64,000 bases of DNA from a virus. Location: IMG/VR virus record IMGVR_UViG_3300046387_001332. The stretch is one strand, 5' to 3'. The notes under the pieces were generated by a model. It made no database searches and had not been told where the DNA came from. It was given only the letters and a program-made list of their open reading frames with translations. Shown here one piece after another: positions 19,959 to 30,539 of this stretch; within the stretch, counting starts at the first letter, position 1; the number at the start of each line of letters is the position of its first letter. Both the position numbers and the translations under genes were made by a program.

Positions 19959-21299
19959 ATGAGTAAATTACTTAAAGAAGCTATTGCTGATGCGAAAGCA
20001 GTTCGTGAGACAGCCCTTGCCAACGCAAGACTTGCCCTCGAAGAAGCATTCGCACCACGTTTGCAAAGTATGCTTACCAAGAAACTCAGAGAAGAAGAAT
20101 TAGAATTAGACGACGAAGAATCAGAAGACGAAGTTTCTGATGAAGTTGAAGAAGGTTCTTACTCCGAAGATGACGAGGAAGTAGATATTGCAGATGAAGC
20201 ACCAGAAGAAGAACCCGCTGAAGAAGAAGCACCTGCTGAAGAAGCACCTGCTGAAGACGAAGTAGGGGGAGACGAAGAAATTGCTGACGAAATCGAAGAT
20301 CTTGAAGGAGACGACGAAGAAGCAGTTGAAGAAGATTCATTTGACCTTGATACTATTATTAGGGAACTTGAGCAAGAAATTGAAGAAGGTTCATACTCTG
20401 AGGAAGACGACGAGGTGGAACTTGATGAAGCATCATGTTCAGAAGACGATGAAGACGAAGCAATTGAAGAATCCGAAGAATCCGAAGAATCCGAAGAAGA
20501 AGAAGCAGTTGAAGAGCAATCTAAATCATCTGAACTTGGAAAAGGTGGAGACGAACACGTAGTTGTTGCTGATAGTGACGACGAAGAACTTCCTGCTGGA
20601 ACCGAGACTGTTGCTGGTGAACCAGGAACCGAAGGTGAAGAAGAAAAAGTTGCCGAAATTGACGAAGAAATTGATATTGAAATTGTTGAAGAATCCGAAG
20701 AATCCGAAGAATCTGAAGAATCTGAAGAAGAAGAAGCAGTTGAAGAATCAGTTGAAGGGTCAGACGAAGATGAAGAAGACGAAGAAATCAATCTTGAAGA
20801 AATCCTCAGAGAACTTGAGGAAGAAACCAATATTGAGGACGAAGAAGAAGAATCATCTGACGTTTCCGAACTTAAAAGTGCCAACGAAAAACTTCAAAAA
20901 GAAAATGATGAATACCGCAAAGTTTATAAATTTTTGCGAGGTAAGTTAAATGAAGTAAATCTCCTTAATGCAAAGTTACTTTACACAAATAAGTTGTTTA
21001 AGAAACACGCACTAAGTGAAGATCAAAAGTTGAAAGTCGTAGAAAGTTTTGACCTTACGAAGAATGTTCGCGAAGCAAAATTGGTATACGCAACACTTGG
21101 AGAGAGTTTTAGAACTCAAGCAACTGAAGTAGTGGAAGAATCAAAGTCTGCTCCTAAAAAGAAAAAGACAGAAAAGAATCCATTGACAGAAGGTATTGCA
21201 TCCAAGGCAATCAAATCAACAAAACCCTCCAAGAAGATTTTATCTGAAGGCAACGAACTTGCTGACAGATTCAAGAAACTTGCAGGCATTAAATCATAA
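19959..21299 (+). CDS. Prohead core/scaffolding protein (gp22-like position)
   Basis: Extremely acidic, coiled-coil C-terminus, located immediately before the major capsid gene. Confidence 0.82.
   Translation: MSKLLKEAIADAKAVRETALANARLALEEAFAPRLQSMLTKKLREEELELDDEESEDEVSDEVEEGSYSEDDEEVDIADEAPEEEPAEEEAPAEEAPAEDEVGGDEEIADEIEDLEGDDEEAVEEDSFDLDTIIRELEQEIEEGSYSEEDDEVELDEASCSEDDEDEAIEESEESEESEEEEAVEEQSKSSELGKGGDEHVVVADSDDEELPAGTETVAGEPGTEGEEEKVAEIDEEIDIEIVEESEESEESEESEEEEAVEESVEGSDEDEEDEEINLEEILRELEEETNIEDEEEESSDVSELKSANEKLQKENDEYRKVYKFLRGKLNEVNLLNAKLLYTNKLFKKHALSEDQKLKVVESFDLTKNVREAKLVYATLGESFRTQATEVVEESKSAPKKKKTEKNPLTEGIASKAIKSTKPSKKILSEGNELADRFKKLAGIKS
20466..20746 (+). repeat. Duplicated (GAAGAATCY)n low-complexity blocks in the scaffold gene
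   Basis: EESEESEESEEEEAVEE encoded at about 20466-20515 and 20688-20746. Confidence 0.8.
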
Positions 21300-21332
21300 C
21301 AAAAATTCAAATTATATTGAGGATAAATTAAA

Positions 21333-22790
21333 ATGAGTGAAATCAGTAAATTATTAAAGGAAAGTAGCAACCCTCAAGAACGTCTTATGGCAGAAACCCG
21401 TGGTTTGGTAAACAAATGGGAAAAAACAGGACTTCTTGAAGGAATTTCTACTGACACAGAAAAGAGTGGTATGTCCATTCTTTTAGAAAACCAAGCAAAG
21501 CAGTTGATCGACGAAGCAACACGCACAGGTACTTCTTCTGGATCAGAAGAGTGGAGTGGAGTAGCACTTCCACTTGTACGTCGTGTATTCGCAGAAATCG
21601 CATCAAAGGAATTCGTTTCCGTTCAACCAATGAATCTTCCATCTGGATTGATTTTCTACTTAGACTTTAAGTATGGAACAGCACAATCCCGTCAGGGTAG
21701 TGGAAGTCTCTTCGGTGGATCATCAGACGCAAAACTCGGTTCAACCGACAAAGCAGAAGGTGGTCTCTACGGAGAAGGACGTCATGGTTACTCAATCAAT
21801 GACGTAAGTGTATCATTGGCTGCAACCACCGAGAAAATCACACTTCCAAGTGATGCCGATCTTGATGGTGTTCGTGCATTCCAATTCACAGACTCTGCTG
21901 ATAACGTAGTATCAGTTGACGGTGAAGGTAATGTTAAAGGAGCAGCCGACGGAAATGGTACTCTTCAGTACCACAAGAAAACAAAAGACACCACCCGTGG
22001 TGATTTCGAAGACAATGATGTAAACGGAGGAGATTCCGATACAGATACAGGTCTTAGAAAAGATATCGGTATCCCAGAAATCAACTTGGAACTCAAAAGT
22101 GAACCAATCGTTGCTAAAACACGTAAGTTGAAAGCAGTTTGGACACCTGAGTTGGCACAAGACTTGAATGCTTATCATAGTATTGACGCAGAAGCAGAAT
22201 TGACTTCTCTTCTTTCCGAGTACGTTTCAATGGAAATTGATTTGGAAATTCTTGATATGCTTCTTGTTAACGCACATAGCACATCATCATTCGACGCCGC
22301 AACAGATGAATTAACTGGTGGTGAAACGCAAGGAACATACTTCCAACGTCTTGGCACACAAATCCAAGGAATGAGCAACAAAATTCATCAGTTGACTCTC
22401 CGTGGTGGTGCTAACTTCTTGGTATGTTCTCCACAAGTTGCAACAATCATTGAAAGTATTCCAGGATACTCAGCTGACACAGACGGAAATCAGTCTCAGT
22501 TTGCTATGGGAGTTACTAAGGTTGGTGCATTGAACAATCGTTTCCAAGTTTACAAGAACCCATACATGACAAGTGGTGACGTTCTCGTAGGTTTCCGTGG
22601 AACAAACTTCCTCGAAACAGGTGCGGTTTATGCTCCATACATTCCATTGATTCAAACACCATTAGTATACGATCCGGTAAACTTCACACCACGTCGTGGA
22701 GTTATGACTCGTTATGCTAAGAAAATGGTTCGTCCTGAATTCTACGGAAAGATTTCTGTATCAAACTTTGATGGTTACAACCCATCCTAA
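21333..22790 (+). CDS. Major capsid protein (T4 gp23-like)
   Basis: LPLVRRVF, VSVQPMNLPSGLIFYL, KTRKLKAVWTPELAQDL, YAPYIPL and FTPRRGVMTRY. Confidence 0.96.
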   Translation: MSEISKLLKESSNPQERLMAETRGLVNKWEKTGLLEGISTDTEKSGMSILLENQAKQLIDEATRTGTSSGSEEWSGVALPLVRRVFAEIASKEFVSVQPMNLPSGLIFYLDFKYGTAQSRQGSGSLFGGSSDAKLGSTDKAEGGLYGEGRHGYSINDVSVSLAATTEKITLPSDADLDGVRAFQFTDSADNVVSVDGEGNVKGAADGNGTLQYHKKTKDTTRGDFEDNDVNGGDSDTDTGLRKDIGIPEINLELKSEPIVAKTRKLKAVWTPELAQDLNAYHSIDAEAELTSLLSEYVSMEIDLEILDMLLVNAHSTSSFDAATDELTGGETQGTYFQRLGTQIQGMSNKIHQLTLRGGANFLVCSPQVATIIESIPGYSADTDGNQSQFAMGVTKVGALNNRFQVYKNPYMTSGDVLVGFRGTNFLETGAVYAPYIPLIQTPLVYDPVNFTPRRGVMTRYAKKMVRPEFYGKISVSNFDGYNPS

Positions 22791-22833
22791 GTTGTACAGA
22801 ACTCGTCTTAGTACGAAGTATAACAAAAAATTT

Positions 22834-22866
22834 AAGAGGGGTTCTTTTGAACCCCTCTTTTATTTT
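22834..22866 (+). terminator. Rho-independent terminator after the capsid gene
   Basis: AAGAGGGGTTC-TTTT-GAACCCCTCTT followed by a T-rich tail. Confidence 0.88.
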
Positions 22867-22900
22867 ATAAGATTAACTTTATTGCTTTATATTTATATTC

Positions 22901-24277
22901 ATGGAAGACGAGCAAACAAATAACGAAAAAGAAAACGACTTGGAAAATGAAAATTATGAACTAGAACGAGTTCGTTGGGAAGGAGAAGTTTCATCACCTG
23001 TGGGTAAGACTCCATTTGGTTTTTTTGATAAAGATGCTGAGTTTGTTTCGTTTGCTCCACGTGCAGCTGATTGGGCAGCCAGAAGATTGGGATACCCTAT
23101 TGTAGATGTTGAGATGATTGATATGCAATTTTATGCTTGCTTTGAAGAAGCAGTGACTGAGTATAGTGCTCAAATTAATCAGTTTTCCATAAAACAAAAT
23201 CTATATTCAATAAAAGGAACTTCAACTAGCATCAATTTAACAACAAGTGTACTGCAAACACAACCATTACCTTTTTATTTAAAATTATCCGAAGCATATG
23301 GGGCTGAAGTGGGAGTTGGTGGTAATGTAGACTGGAGAAAAGCAAGTCTTGAAGTAAAAGAAGGTGTACAAACATACGATTTACAAGGTTTGTTTAACAA
23401 TTACTATATCGACCCAAAAACGGGTGAAAAGAAAATAGAAAAAATAGAAGTCAAAAGAATCTTTCATCACCCACCACCTGCATTAAATAAAATTTACGAT
23501 CCAATGTCGAATTCAGGAATGTCACATTCTAATATGTTAAACGAGTTTAATTGGTCGGGAATGTCACCAGTTGGTACTCAGTTTTTATTACGTCCTGTGA
23601 ATGAGGATCTGATGAGATTGCAAGCAATTGAATTTAACGAGCAAGTACGAAGAAGTGCATACGGATTTGAGATTGTAAATAATAAACTTACAATTTTTCC
23701 TGTTCCCACTAAAGATTTCACATTGTGGTTTGATTATGTATTTAAACGTGAAAGAGACATCGCAGCCGTTCAAGGTTATGTAGATGCAGATGAATTTAAT
23801 GTGATACCAAAAACGCAGACAGAAGTGGTAGAAGAAACTAATCAACAAGTAGTAGTTGATAAAACTGTAAATGGATTAAATCCCGGTGATCCAATTCCAC
23901 AACCTGACAATTATCTAAATGAAACGGTTGATTCTGTAACTGATTTAAGTAATGCTCCTTATCAGTTTCATAGTTTTGGAACAATTAATGATGTAGGAAA
24001 ACGATGGATAATGAAATATTATCTAGCAACTTGTAAAGAATTGCTTGGTGCAGTAAGAGCAAAATATCAAAGTATTCCAATTCCTGGTGGTGAAACTTCT
24101 TTAGACGGAGATGCTTTGAGATCAGAAGCACAAGCAGAAAAAGAACAACTTATTACAGAACTACGAGAGGATTTAGAAGTAACAAGTCGTAGCACAACAA
24201 GTGAGCAACTAAATCAAGTATCTGATAATCTTCAAGAAAATCTAAGAAAGGTCCCTAACTTTCTGTATATAGGATAA
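22901..24277 (+). CDS. Neck/head-tail adaptor (T4 gp13-like)
   Basis: RRLGYPIVDVEM, RAKYQSIPIPGGETSLDG; follows the capsid gene; TATTTAT at 22890-22896. Confidence 0.8.
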   Translation: MEDEQTNNEKENDLENENYELERVRWEGEVSSPVGKTPFGFFDKDAEFVSFAPRAADWAARRLGYPIVDVEMIDMQFYACFEEAVTEYSAQINQFSIKQNLYSIKGTSTSINLTTSVLQTQPLPFYLKLSEAYGAEVGVGGNVDWRKASLEVKEGVQTYDLQGLFNNYYIDPKTGEKKIEKIEVKRIFHHPPPALNKIYDPMSNSGMSHSNMLNEFNWSGMSPVGTQFLLRPVNEDLMRLQAIEFNEQVRRSAYGFEIVNNKLTIFPVPTKDFTLWFDYVFKRERDIAAVQGYVDADEFNVIPKTQTEVVEETNQQVVVDKTVNGLNPGDPIPQPDNYLNETVDSVTDLSNAPYQFHSFGTINDVGKRWIMKYYLATCKELLGAVRAKYQSIPIPGGETSLDGDALRSEAQAEKEQLITELREDLEVTSRSTTSEQLNQVSDNLQENLRKVPNFLYIG

Positions 24278-24281
24278 TAAA

Positions 24282-24743
24282 ATGTCAAGAGGGAGGTATT
24301 TTAGTAGAAGAGATGTTCGTATGATGAACAGTCTAAATGGTGAATTACTTTCAAGTATCATTGAACAAACTGTTGTTATATACAGAATAGATGCAGAATC
24401 TACTCAGGAAAATATGTATGGTGAAAGTCTTAATAAATTTTATTTTGACGGAATTGAAATTCAATGCTTAGTTGAAAACGATCCTGAAAGTACTGTATAT
24501 GAAGGTTTTGGTCCAGATGTAAAGAAAGGCACGGTATTTAAATTTCACCAAAAATTGTGTGAAATAAAAGATATATACCCTCAAATTGGTGATATAGTAG
24601 CATGGGAAAATGCTTATTTTGAAATTGAGAACGTAGTAGAAAATCAATTTCTAGGTGGTCAACCAGAAAAGAATTATAGTTTATTGTGTAATGCACACAT
24701 AAGTAGAAATAGTAAAATAAATCTAAGGGAACGAAACATATAA
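24282..24743 (+). CDS. Neck/head closure protein (gp14-like)
   Basis: ENMYGES, YPQIGDIVAW..YFEI; synteny. Confidence 0.65.
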   Translation: MSRGRYFSRRDVRMMNSLNGELLSSIIEQTVVIYRIDAESTQENMYGESLNKFYFDGIEIQCLVENDPESTVYEGFGPDVKKGTVFKFHQKLCEIKDIYPQIGDIVAWENAYFEIENVVENQFLGGQPEKNYSLLCNAHISRNSKINLRERNI

Positions 24744-25990
24744 TGACTGACTACGATAAAGTTAATAATCCATTTATTACTTTGAAAAAGTTATCCGGAA
24801 GTGATGAAAAGAGTTTTACTGCTAAGTTAAATTCATCACCACCTTCCGTTGATAATGATGCTTATCGTTCTAATATGAAAAAATCAAAAGATTCTTTTTA
24901 TTCTGATAATCGTGCAGAAAAAATGAGAGATGATTCAAATGATGTTGATTACGATAAATACACTGTAACTTTAATGGATATTGATAATATATTGTATGAA
25001 TATTTTATTAATGTTATTAATCCACAAGTAGAAGATGCTAATAATTCAATAATAAGTGTACCTGTTCGTCATGCTTCACCTGAAAGATGGAGTGCAATTC
25101 AACGTGATGGAGTTTATCGTGATACCAAAGGAATGGTACAAAAACCCATGATTATATTCTCAAGAACATCTGTATCTAATGATGATTCTTTTGCTCATTT
25201 TAATAGACATTTAAATGTACCATTTGTAAAGAAGTTTACAAAGAAGAATATGTACGATAAATTCTCTGCGTTAACAGGTGCAAAACCAATTCAAGAAATA
25301 CATAACATTGCATTTCCTGATCACGTTATTTTAAATTATGATTTTACAATGACAACCGAATATGTTCAACAAATGAATACACTCGTTGAAATTGTTAATT
25401 GGGCAAGCAATGATTATTGGGGTGATCCTGGTAGATTAAAATTTAGAGCATCTGTTGATTCATTTACAAATAATGTTGAAACTCCAACTGACGATGATCG
25501 TGTTGTTACAACAACATTTAGTTTAACTGTAAATGCTTATTTGCTACCTGAAGTATTTAACAACACAAAAACAAAACAAAAAAGTCTTACAAATAGACGT
25601 GCTATATTCGGAACTGAACTTATCTCGGATACAACAAATATTCACGGAAAACCACAATCAGTTTTAAATAGTGGATTTTCTAAGAATATAATTCTGAACA
25701 GAAAAAATAGAGAACTATTTTTAGATGGGGATGTTGGTGATGAATACGAAGTGCGAGTGTGGAACGATGAAGAATTTTATACTTTATATATTGATGATAT
25801 TCCATATAAAATTTCATTTACAATTATAGATGAACAAGATATACTAATTTTTAATTATGAAACTGAAGAAGAAGTTCTTTTAAATAAAAACGAGTCAATT
25901 GAAATAAACTCCGAAAGAACAAATAAAAATATATTATTAAAAACACACGAAATGTCAGTTGACATTTTAACAATACAATATATTTCTTGA
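24743..25990 (+). CDS. Tail terminator/sheath stabiliser (gp15-like)
   Basis: VPVRHASPERW, PMIIFSRT, EYVQQMNTLVE; synteny before the sheath. Confidence 0.65.
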   Translation: MTDYDKVNNPFITLKKLSGSDEKSFTAKLNSSPPSVDNDAYRSNMKKSKDSFYSDNRAEKMRDDSNDVDYDKYTVTLMDIDNILYEYFINVINPQVEDANNSIISVPVRHASPERWSAIQRDGVYRDTKGMVQKPMIIFSRTSVSNDDSFAHFNRHLNVPFVKKFTKKNMYDKFSALTGAKPIQEIHNIAFPDHVILNYDFTMTTEYVQQMNTLVEIVNWASNDYWGDPGRLKFRASVDSFTNNVETPTDDDRVVTTTFSLTVNAYLLPEVFNNTKTKQKSLTNRRAIFGTELISDTTNIHGKPQSVLNSGFSKNIILNRKNRELFLDGDVGDEYEVRVWNDEEFYTLYIDDIPYKISFTIIDEQDILIFNYETEEEVLLNKNESIEINSERTNKNILLKTHEMSVDILTIQYIS

Positions 25991-26015
25991 TTTATGTGCG
26001 TAAATAACTTATTAT
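25987..26015 (+). promoter_or_regulatory. Sigma70-type promoter
   Basis: TTGATT-17nt-TATTAT, with ATG 7 nt downstream. Confidence 0.5.
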
Positions 26016-26022
26016 TAAACGC

Positions 26023-26307
26023 ATGGAAAAAAATAAAAATATTAAACTAACCTCAGACGAACTATCTGAACTCGTTATGTTAAATAATGAGTATCAAGAT
26101 GTTCTAATAAAATTAGGTCAGTTGTCTCTGAGAAAGAAGCAACTTAATATTGAACAGGATTCAATTCAAAAAAATGAAGAAGAATGTTTGACACTATATA
26201 AAGAGTTGGAAAAAACAGAATCAAACTTTAAAGAAAGAATTGTACGCAAATATGGTGAAGGAAGTCTCGATATAAATGCAGGTACTTATATTTTGTCAAA
26301 AAAATAA
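26023..26307 (+). CDS. Small coiled-coil hypothetical protein
   Basis: 94 aa, ending KYGEGSLDINAGTY. Confidence 0.72.
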   Translation: MEKNKNIKLTSDELSELVMLNNEYQDVLIKLGQLSLRKKQLNIEQDSIQKNEEECLTLYKELEKTESNFKERIVRKYGEGSLDINAGTYILSKK

Positions 26308-26404
26308 TAGATAAATATATGATTTTGAAATTTTCAAAACATATTTATGAATAAATATTAAATTTCCATATTCAACCCAAAAACCATAAAGGAGACAAAG
26401 CAAG

Positions 26405-29062
26405 ATGGCAGAAAGAACAGTAAGTCCAGCAGTATTCACCAAAGAAATCGATCAAACTTTTTTGACACAAGGTATCTCACAAATTGGTGGTGCGGTTGTA
26501 GGACCCTTCTCAAGAGGACCTGCATACTCACCCACAATTGTTAGAACCATAGCAGAATTGGAAGATTTGTTTGGGATTCCCGAAGGAAAATATTATCAAC
26601 CATTCACCGCACGTGAATATTTAAAGCATCAAGGTGTTGTAACCATCGTTCGTGTTGGTGATCTAGGTGGTTATCGTCAAGAAAATGCTTTGATTATTAA
26701 AGCAGTTGTAACTGACACCACAGATTATAGTGGAACACTTAGTGGTTCACTTACAGGATCACTTGATACACCAGAAGAAGGTGACGAAATTGTTATCGGT
26801 GTATTGGCAAACACATTATGGGCAGACAATGGTCAACCAGCAGTAGACGCAATTCGTGATGGATTTGAAAATACAACGGTTGACAAAGAAACTTCCTTAA
26901 TGTTTTATGAAGGTGAAATTATTGATGACGAAGGAAACGAAGTCGTTGTTGGTAATTTTGAATCAACACTTTATCTTAGAAGAACCGTTCGTACCGTTGA
27001 CGAAGATACAGGTGAGGTTATTGAAAGTATTCAAAGTTTAAAATCAAATTATGATTCTGACTATGTTTTCAGCATTGATCCAAAAGCACCTGATAGTCTT
27101 CAAAACATTTTCGGTAGAGCACCAAAGAAAAATATTGAACCAGCATACTTCTATTCATACTTTGAAAATGCACAAGAACGAATTTTCAATAACATCATGA
27201 ATGGTGTTAAGTATAAAGTTGAAGTTGAAACATCAAACGAAGCAATCGTATTTGAATACGAAGATTCAAAGACTGAAGAAATTTTAGATGATCCTTGGCA
27301 ACCAGGAGCAGTTTCATTTAGTTGTCGTCCTGCGGAAACTCCCTGGATTCAATCACAAAAAATTAGTGGAAGACGTTACAACTTGTTCAAAGTTTGGACA
27401 CGTAACATGGGTTCATCTGCTAATCGTGAAATCAAAATTGGTGTTTACAATGTAAGAACACCTGGATCAATTCAAGACTCGGACTACGGAACATTTAGTT
27501 TGATCGTTCGTGCGTTCAACGATTCTGATCGTGGTCAAAACGTTGTTGAGAATTATGATGCAGTTACTTTAGACCCACTTAGTCCTAGATACTTACCACG
27601 TGTTATTGGTGATCGTTTCACAACCATCAATAACAAAGGTAAATTAATCGACTATGGTGATTACATCAATCTCAGTAATTGGATTCGCATTGAAATGCCA
27701 TCTGATAGTACTCCTCCACCAAATGCAATGCCATATGGTCACGGATCATACTTCACACCAATTGCTGGATACGAAACTCCACCAATCCAATACTCTCATG
27801 CTTCTCAGTACGAAAGACAACCTGGAAGATACTTCAATGGAGCAGTGTTTAACCAAAGCAGTCCTGATGGAATTTTAGAACTTCCACGTACTGCACGTGA
27901 CACTTCTGAATTGTTTGCACCACTTCCTTATTTGTCTGACGATGCCGGAATGGGTTATTACATGGATGAACCTGGTCAAGTAGAAGAAGAAGTTGACGGA
28001 GAAACAACTTCATATGCTGTTGATTCAATTCCTGTTAATCCTCCCGCAGTTGACGAATTAGCAACTGCTAAGTTGAGAAGGTTCTTGGTAGGTTTCCAAG
28101 GTGGATTTGACGGAAAAGCACCAAATCATCCAATTTACTTAGGTAAACACATAACAGAAAATAACGTACAAGGTTTAGATTGTAGTAAACGATTCTCAAG
28201 TGGAACAAAGGGATATGTTCGTGCATTCGCTGCATTGAGCAACCAAGACGAGTTTGATATTAACTTGCTTGTAACACCTGGATTGAGTCTTGATCTTCAC
28301 AGAACTGTAATCAATCGTGGTGTTGATTTATGTGAAAGTCGTGAAGATTGTTTTTACATCCTTGACTGCGTAAGTGCTCACAACCAACCAGGTCGTGTTG
28401 ACGATGCAGTTCAACAAGTATCAACAATCGATAGTAACTATTGTGCAACATATTACCCTTGGGTTAAAATCATTGATCCAGCAACTAACGTATTGCAACC
28501 ATATCCACCATCAGCACTTATGATGTCTGTTTATGCTTCAAACGATAAGTCGGCTGCTGAGTGGTTTGCACCTGCCGGTTTAAATCGTGGTGGTATCGAA
28601 GCTGCGGTTACTGTTATGGATCGTCTTAACTTTGCTGAAAGAGATCAACTTTACGAAGGTAAGGTTAATCCAATCGCTGCGTTTCCTGGTCAAGGAATTG
28701 TTGCTTTCGGTCAAAAGACTCTACAACGTCGTGCAAGTGCATTGGACAGAGTTAACGTTCGTCGTTTGCTTATCAATCTTAAGAAATTCATTGCAAGTTC
28801 TTCAAGATTCCTACTTTTCGAGCAAAATGTAGCATCTACACGCAACCGTTTCTTGAATATTGTTAATCCGTTCTTGGAAAATGTTCAACAACGTCATGGT
28901 TTGTATGCCTTCCGTGTTATCATGGACGAGTCAAACAACACACCTGACCTTATTGACAGAAATATCCTCTACGGACAGATATTCTTGCAACCTGCACGTG
29001 CAGTTGAGTTTGTTATCCTTGACTTCAACCTTACACCAACTGGTGCAAGTTTCGAAGCATAA
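26405..29062 (+). CDS. Tail sheath protein (gp18-like)
   Basis: SPAVFTKEID, YYPWV, WFAPAGLNRG, GQKTL and ALDRVNVRRL; AAGGAGA SD; TATTTAT at 26342-26348. Confidence 0.95.
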   Translation: MAERTVSPAVFTKEIDQTFLTQGISQIGGAVVGPFSRGPAYSPTIVRTIAELEDLFGIPEGKYYQPFTAREYLKHQGVVTIVRVGDLGGYRQENALIIKAVVTDTTDYSGTLSGSLTGSLDTPEEGDEIVIGVLANTLWADNGQPAVDAIRDGFENTTVDKETSLMFYEGEIIDDEGNEVVVGNFESTLYLRRTVRTVDEDTGEVIESIQSLKSNYDSDYVFSIDPKAPDSLQNIFGRAPKKNIEPAYFYSYFENAQERIFNNIMNGVKYKVEVETSNEAIVFEYEDSKTEEILDDPWQPGAVSFSCRPAETPWIQSQKISGRRYNLFKVWTRNMGSSANREIKIGVYNVRTPGSIQDSDYGTFSLIVRAFNDSDRGQNVVENYDAVTLDPLSPRYLPRVIGDRFTTINNKGKLIDYGDYINLSNWIRIEMPSDSTPPPNAMPYGHGSYFTPIAGYETPPIQYSHASQYERQPGRYFNGAVFNQSSPDGILELPRTARDTSELFAPLPYLSDDAGMGYYMDEPGQVEEEVDGETTSYAVDSIPVNPPAVDELATAKLRRFLVGFQGGFDGKAPNHPIYLGKHITENNVQGLDCSKRFSSGTKGYVRAFAALSNQDEFDINLLVTPGLSLDLHRTVINRGVDLCESREDCFYILDCVSAHNQPGRVDDAVQQVSTIDSNYCATYYPWVKIIDPATNVLQPYPPSALMMSVYASNDKSAAEWFAPAGLNRGGIEAAVTVMDRLNFAERDQLYEGKVNPIAAFPGQGIVAFGQKTLQRRASALDRVNVRRLLINLKKFIASSSRFLLFEQNVASTRNRFLNIVNPFLENVQQRHGLYAFRVIMDESNNTPDLIDRNILYGQIFLQPARAVEFVILDFNLTPTGASFEA

Positions 29063-29084
29063 GAATAATAAAATTCTAAAATTT

Positions 29085-29117
29085 AAAAACCCCTCTGTTC
29101 GCAGAGGGGTTTTTTTT
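29085..29117 (+). terminator. Rho-independent terminator after the sheath gene
   Basis: AAAAACCCCTCTG-TTCG-CAGAGGGGTTTTTTTT. Confidence 0.9.
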
Positions 29118-29140
29118 GTGTAGATATATATTTATTAGAA

Positions 29141-29845
29141 ATGGATATGTCATTAACAGAAATTCTTCACGAACTTCAATACAAAGAGTTTTGTAAATTT
29201 GTAAAAGAAAATAAACTCGATGCAGATGAAAACCAACTGAATGAATTTGCTATTCCAGGAAAACTTAAAAAGATTTGGTCTTTTTTGACGGAACTAAAAG
29301 ATATAATAAAAGTCAAATTGAAAGACTTAGTAAAATTGTTTTTAAACAAAGTTGTATTTAAGTTTTTCGCAAAAATTAAATTCAGTTTAAGTTACTTATT
29401 TAATCTTGTTAAAAAAGGATTTAAAGCATACAAACAAGTAATAAAGGCAATAGGTGAGTATATAGCAAGCACCAAGGTTGGTCGTTGGACTGAGGATAAA
29501 CTAAAAGACTTAGATGCGTTTCTAGCAAAGCATCCTAAAACAAAAAGAATTGCAGGATTGGCAGTTGCGGGTATTTTGATTTACATTTGGTTAAATATGA
29601 CATTTACGGGTAATGCAGATTACGACTTTGATATGGGAGATATGATTATGGCACTTGGTGGGGGTTTTACATTATCAACATTATTTGCAGGACCAGAGGG
29701 CATGGCTTTGTTGACATTATTTGCAACTGGTGTCATTGGACTATCATTTCCTTGGCCCGGACCACAACACCTACAATTTATTGGTGCAGTTGTATATGGT
29801 TCTGCAAAATTAGTGGGACAAAAACTAACAAAGGACAAAACATAA
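29141..29845 (+). CDS. Hypothetical protein with C-terminal hydrophobic segments
   Basis: IAGLAVAGILIYIWL and further hydrophobic stretches; TATTTAT at 29129-29135. Confidence 0.72.
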   Translation: MDMSLTEILHELQYKEFCKFVKENKLDADENQLNEFAIPGKLKKIWSFLTELKDIIKVKLKDLVKLFLNKVVFKFFAKIKFSLSYLFNLVKKGFKAYKQVIKAIGEYIASTKVGRWTEDKLKDLDAFLAKHPKTKRIAGLAVAGILIYIWLNMTFTGNADYDFDMGDMIMALGGGFTLSTLFAGPEGMALLTLFATGVIGLSFPWPGPQHLQFIGAVVYGSAKLVGQKLTKDKT

Positions 29846-29962
29846 ATAAATATATTTTTTAATTTACACACTATTTATATTAGTTGGTTGAAAAAATGAA
29901 TTTTCAGATTTTTGATCAATATTTATACTAAAAGTTAATCATTAAACTGGAGAACAAAAAAA

Positions 29963-30454
29963 ATGGCACAAGTTATTTCAACCGAAGAAATGTTTTTTAC
30001 GGCATTTGAACCGAAAACAGCAAATCGTTTTATCATGTATATGGACGGAGTTCCTGCTTATCTTATTAAGAGTGTTACTCGTCCCAACCTTACTATTGAT
30101 GTACAAACAATGGACCACATCAATATCAAAAGAAAGTTAAGAGCTGGTAAGGCAGAATGGCAAGACATCACAATGACACTTTATGATCCAGTAGTTCCTA
30201 GTGCGGCTCAGACTGCAATGGAATGGATTCGTCTTTCTCACGAATCTGTAACCGGAAGAAATGGTTATGCCGACTTCTATAAAAAAGACCTTGTTATTAA
30301 CACTTTGGGTCCTGTGGGTGACCTTGTTGAAGAATGGACAATCAAAGGTGCATTCTGTAACTCAACAAACTTTGGTACACTTGATTGGGAAACCGGTGAC
30401 AAATTGACCGTTGAATTGACAATATCTTACGATTACGCAATTCTTCAATTCTAA
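29963..30454 (+). CDS. Tail tube protein (gp19-like)
   Basis: FEPKTANRF, WQDITMTLYD, EEWTIKGAF and LTISYDY; GGAGA SD; TATTTAT at 29920-29926. Confidence 0.92.
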   Translation: MAQVISTEEMFFTAFEPKTANRFIMYMDGVPAYLIKSVTRPNLTIDVQTMDHINIKRKLRAGKAEWQDITMTLYDPVVPSAAQTAMEWIRLSHESVTGRNGYADFYKKDLVINTLGPVGDLVEEWTIKGAFCNSTNFGTLDWETGDKLTVELTISYDYAILQF

Positions 30455-30484
30455 TTGTATAACCAAAACATTCAGTTTAATGTT

Positions 30485-30517
30485 AAAAAAAACTTCCGAA
30501 AGGAAGTTTTTTTTTTT
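30485..30517 (+). terminator. Rho-independent terminator after the tube gene
   Basis: AAAAAAAACTTCC-GAAA-GGAAGTTTTTTTTTTT. Confidence 0.88.
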
Positions 30518-30539
30518 GCTTATATATATTTATTCTTAC

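Noticed and set aside
19030-20750. CRISPR-like repeats
   Set aside because: The repeats are in-frame coding duplications without a regular repeat-spacer structure.
20086-20949. Long minus-strand and alternate-frame ORFs (e.g. Ser-rich 241 aa)
   Set aside because: They are shadows of the GAA-rich scaffold gene. The same applies to the other minus-strand ORFs in the track, such as 19055-19537 and 37053-37787.
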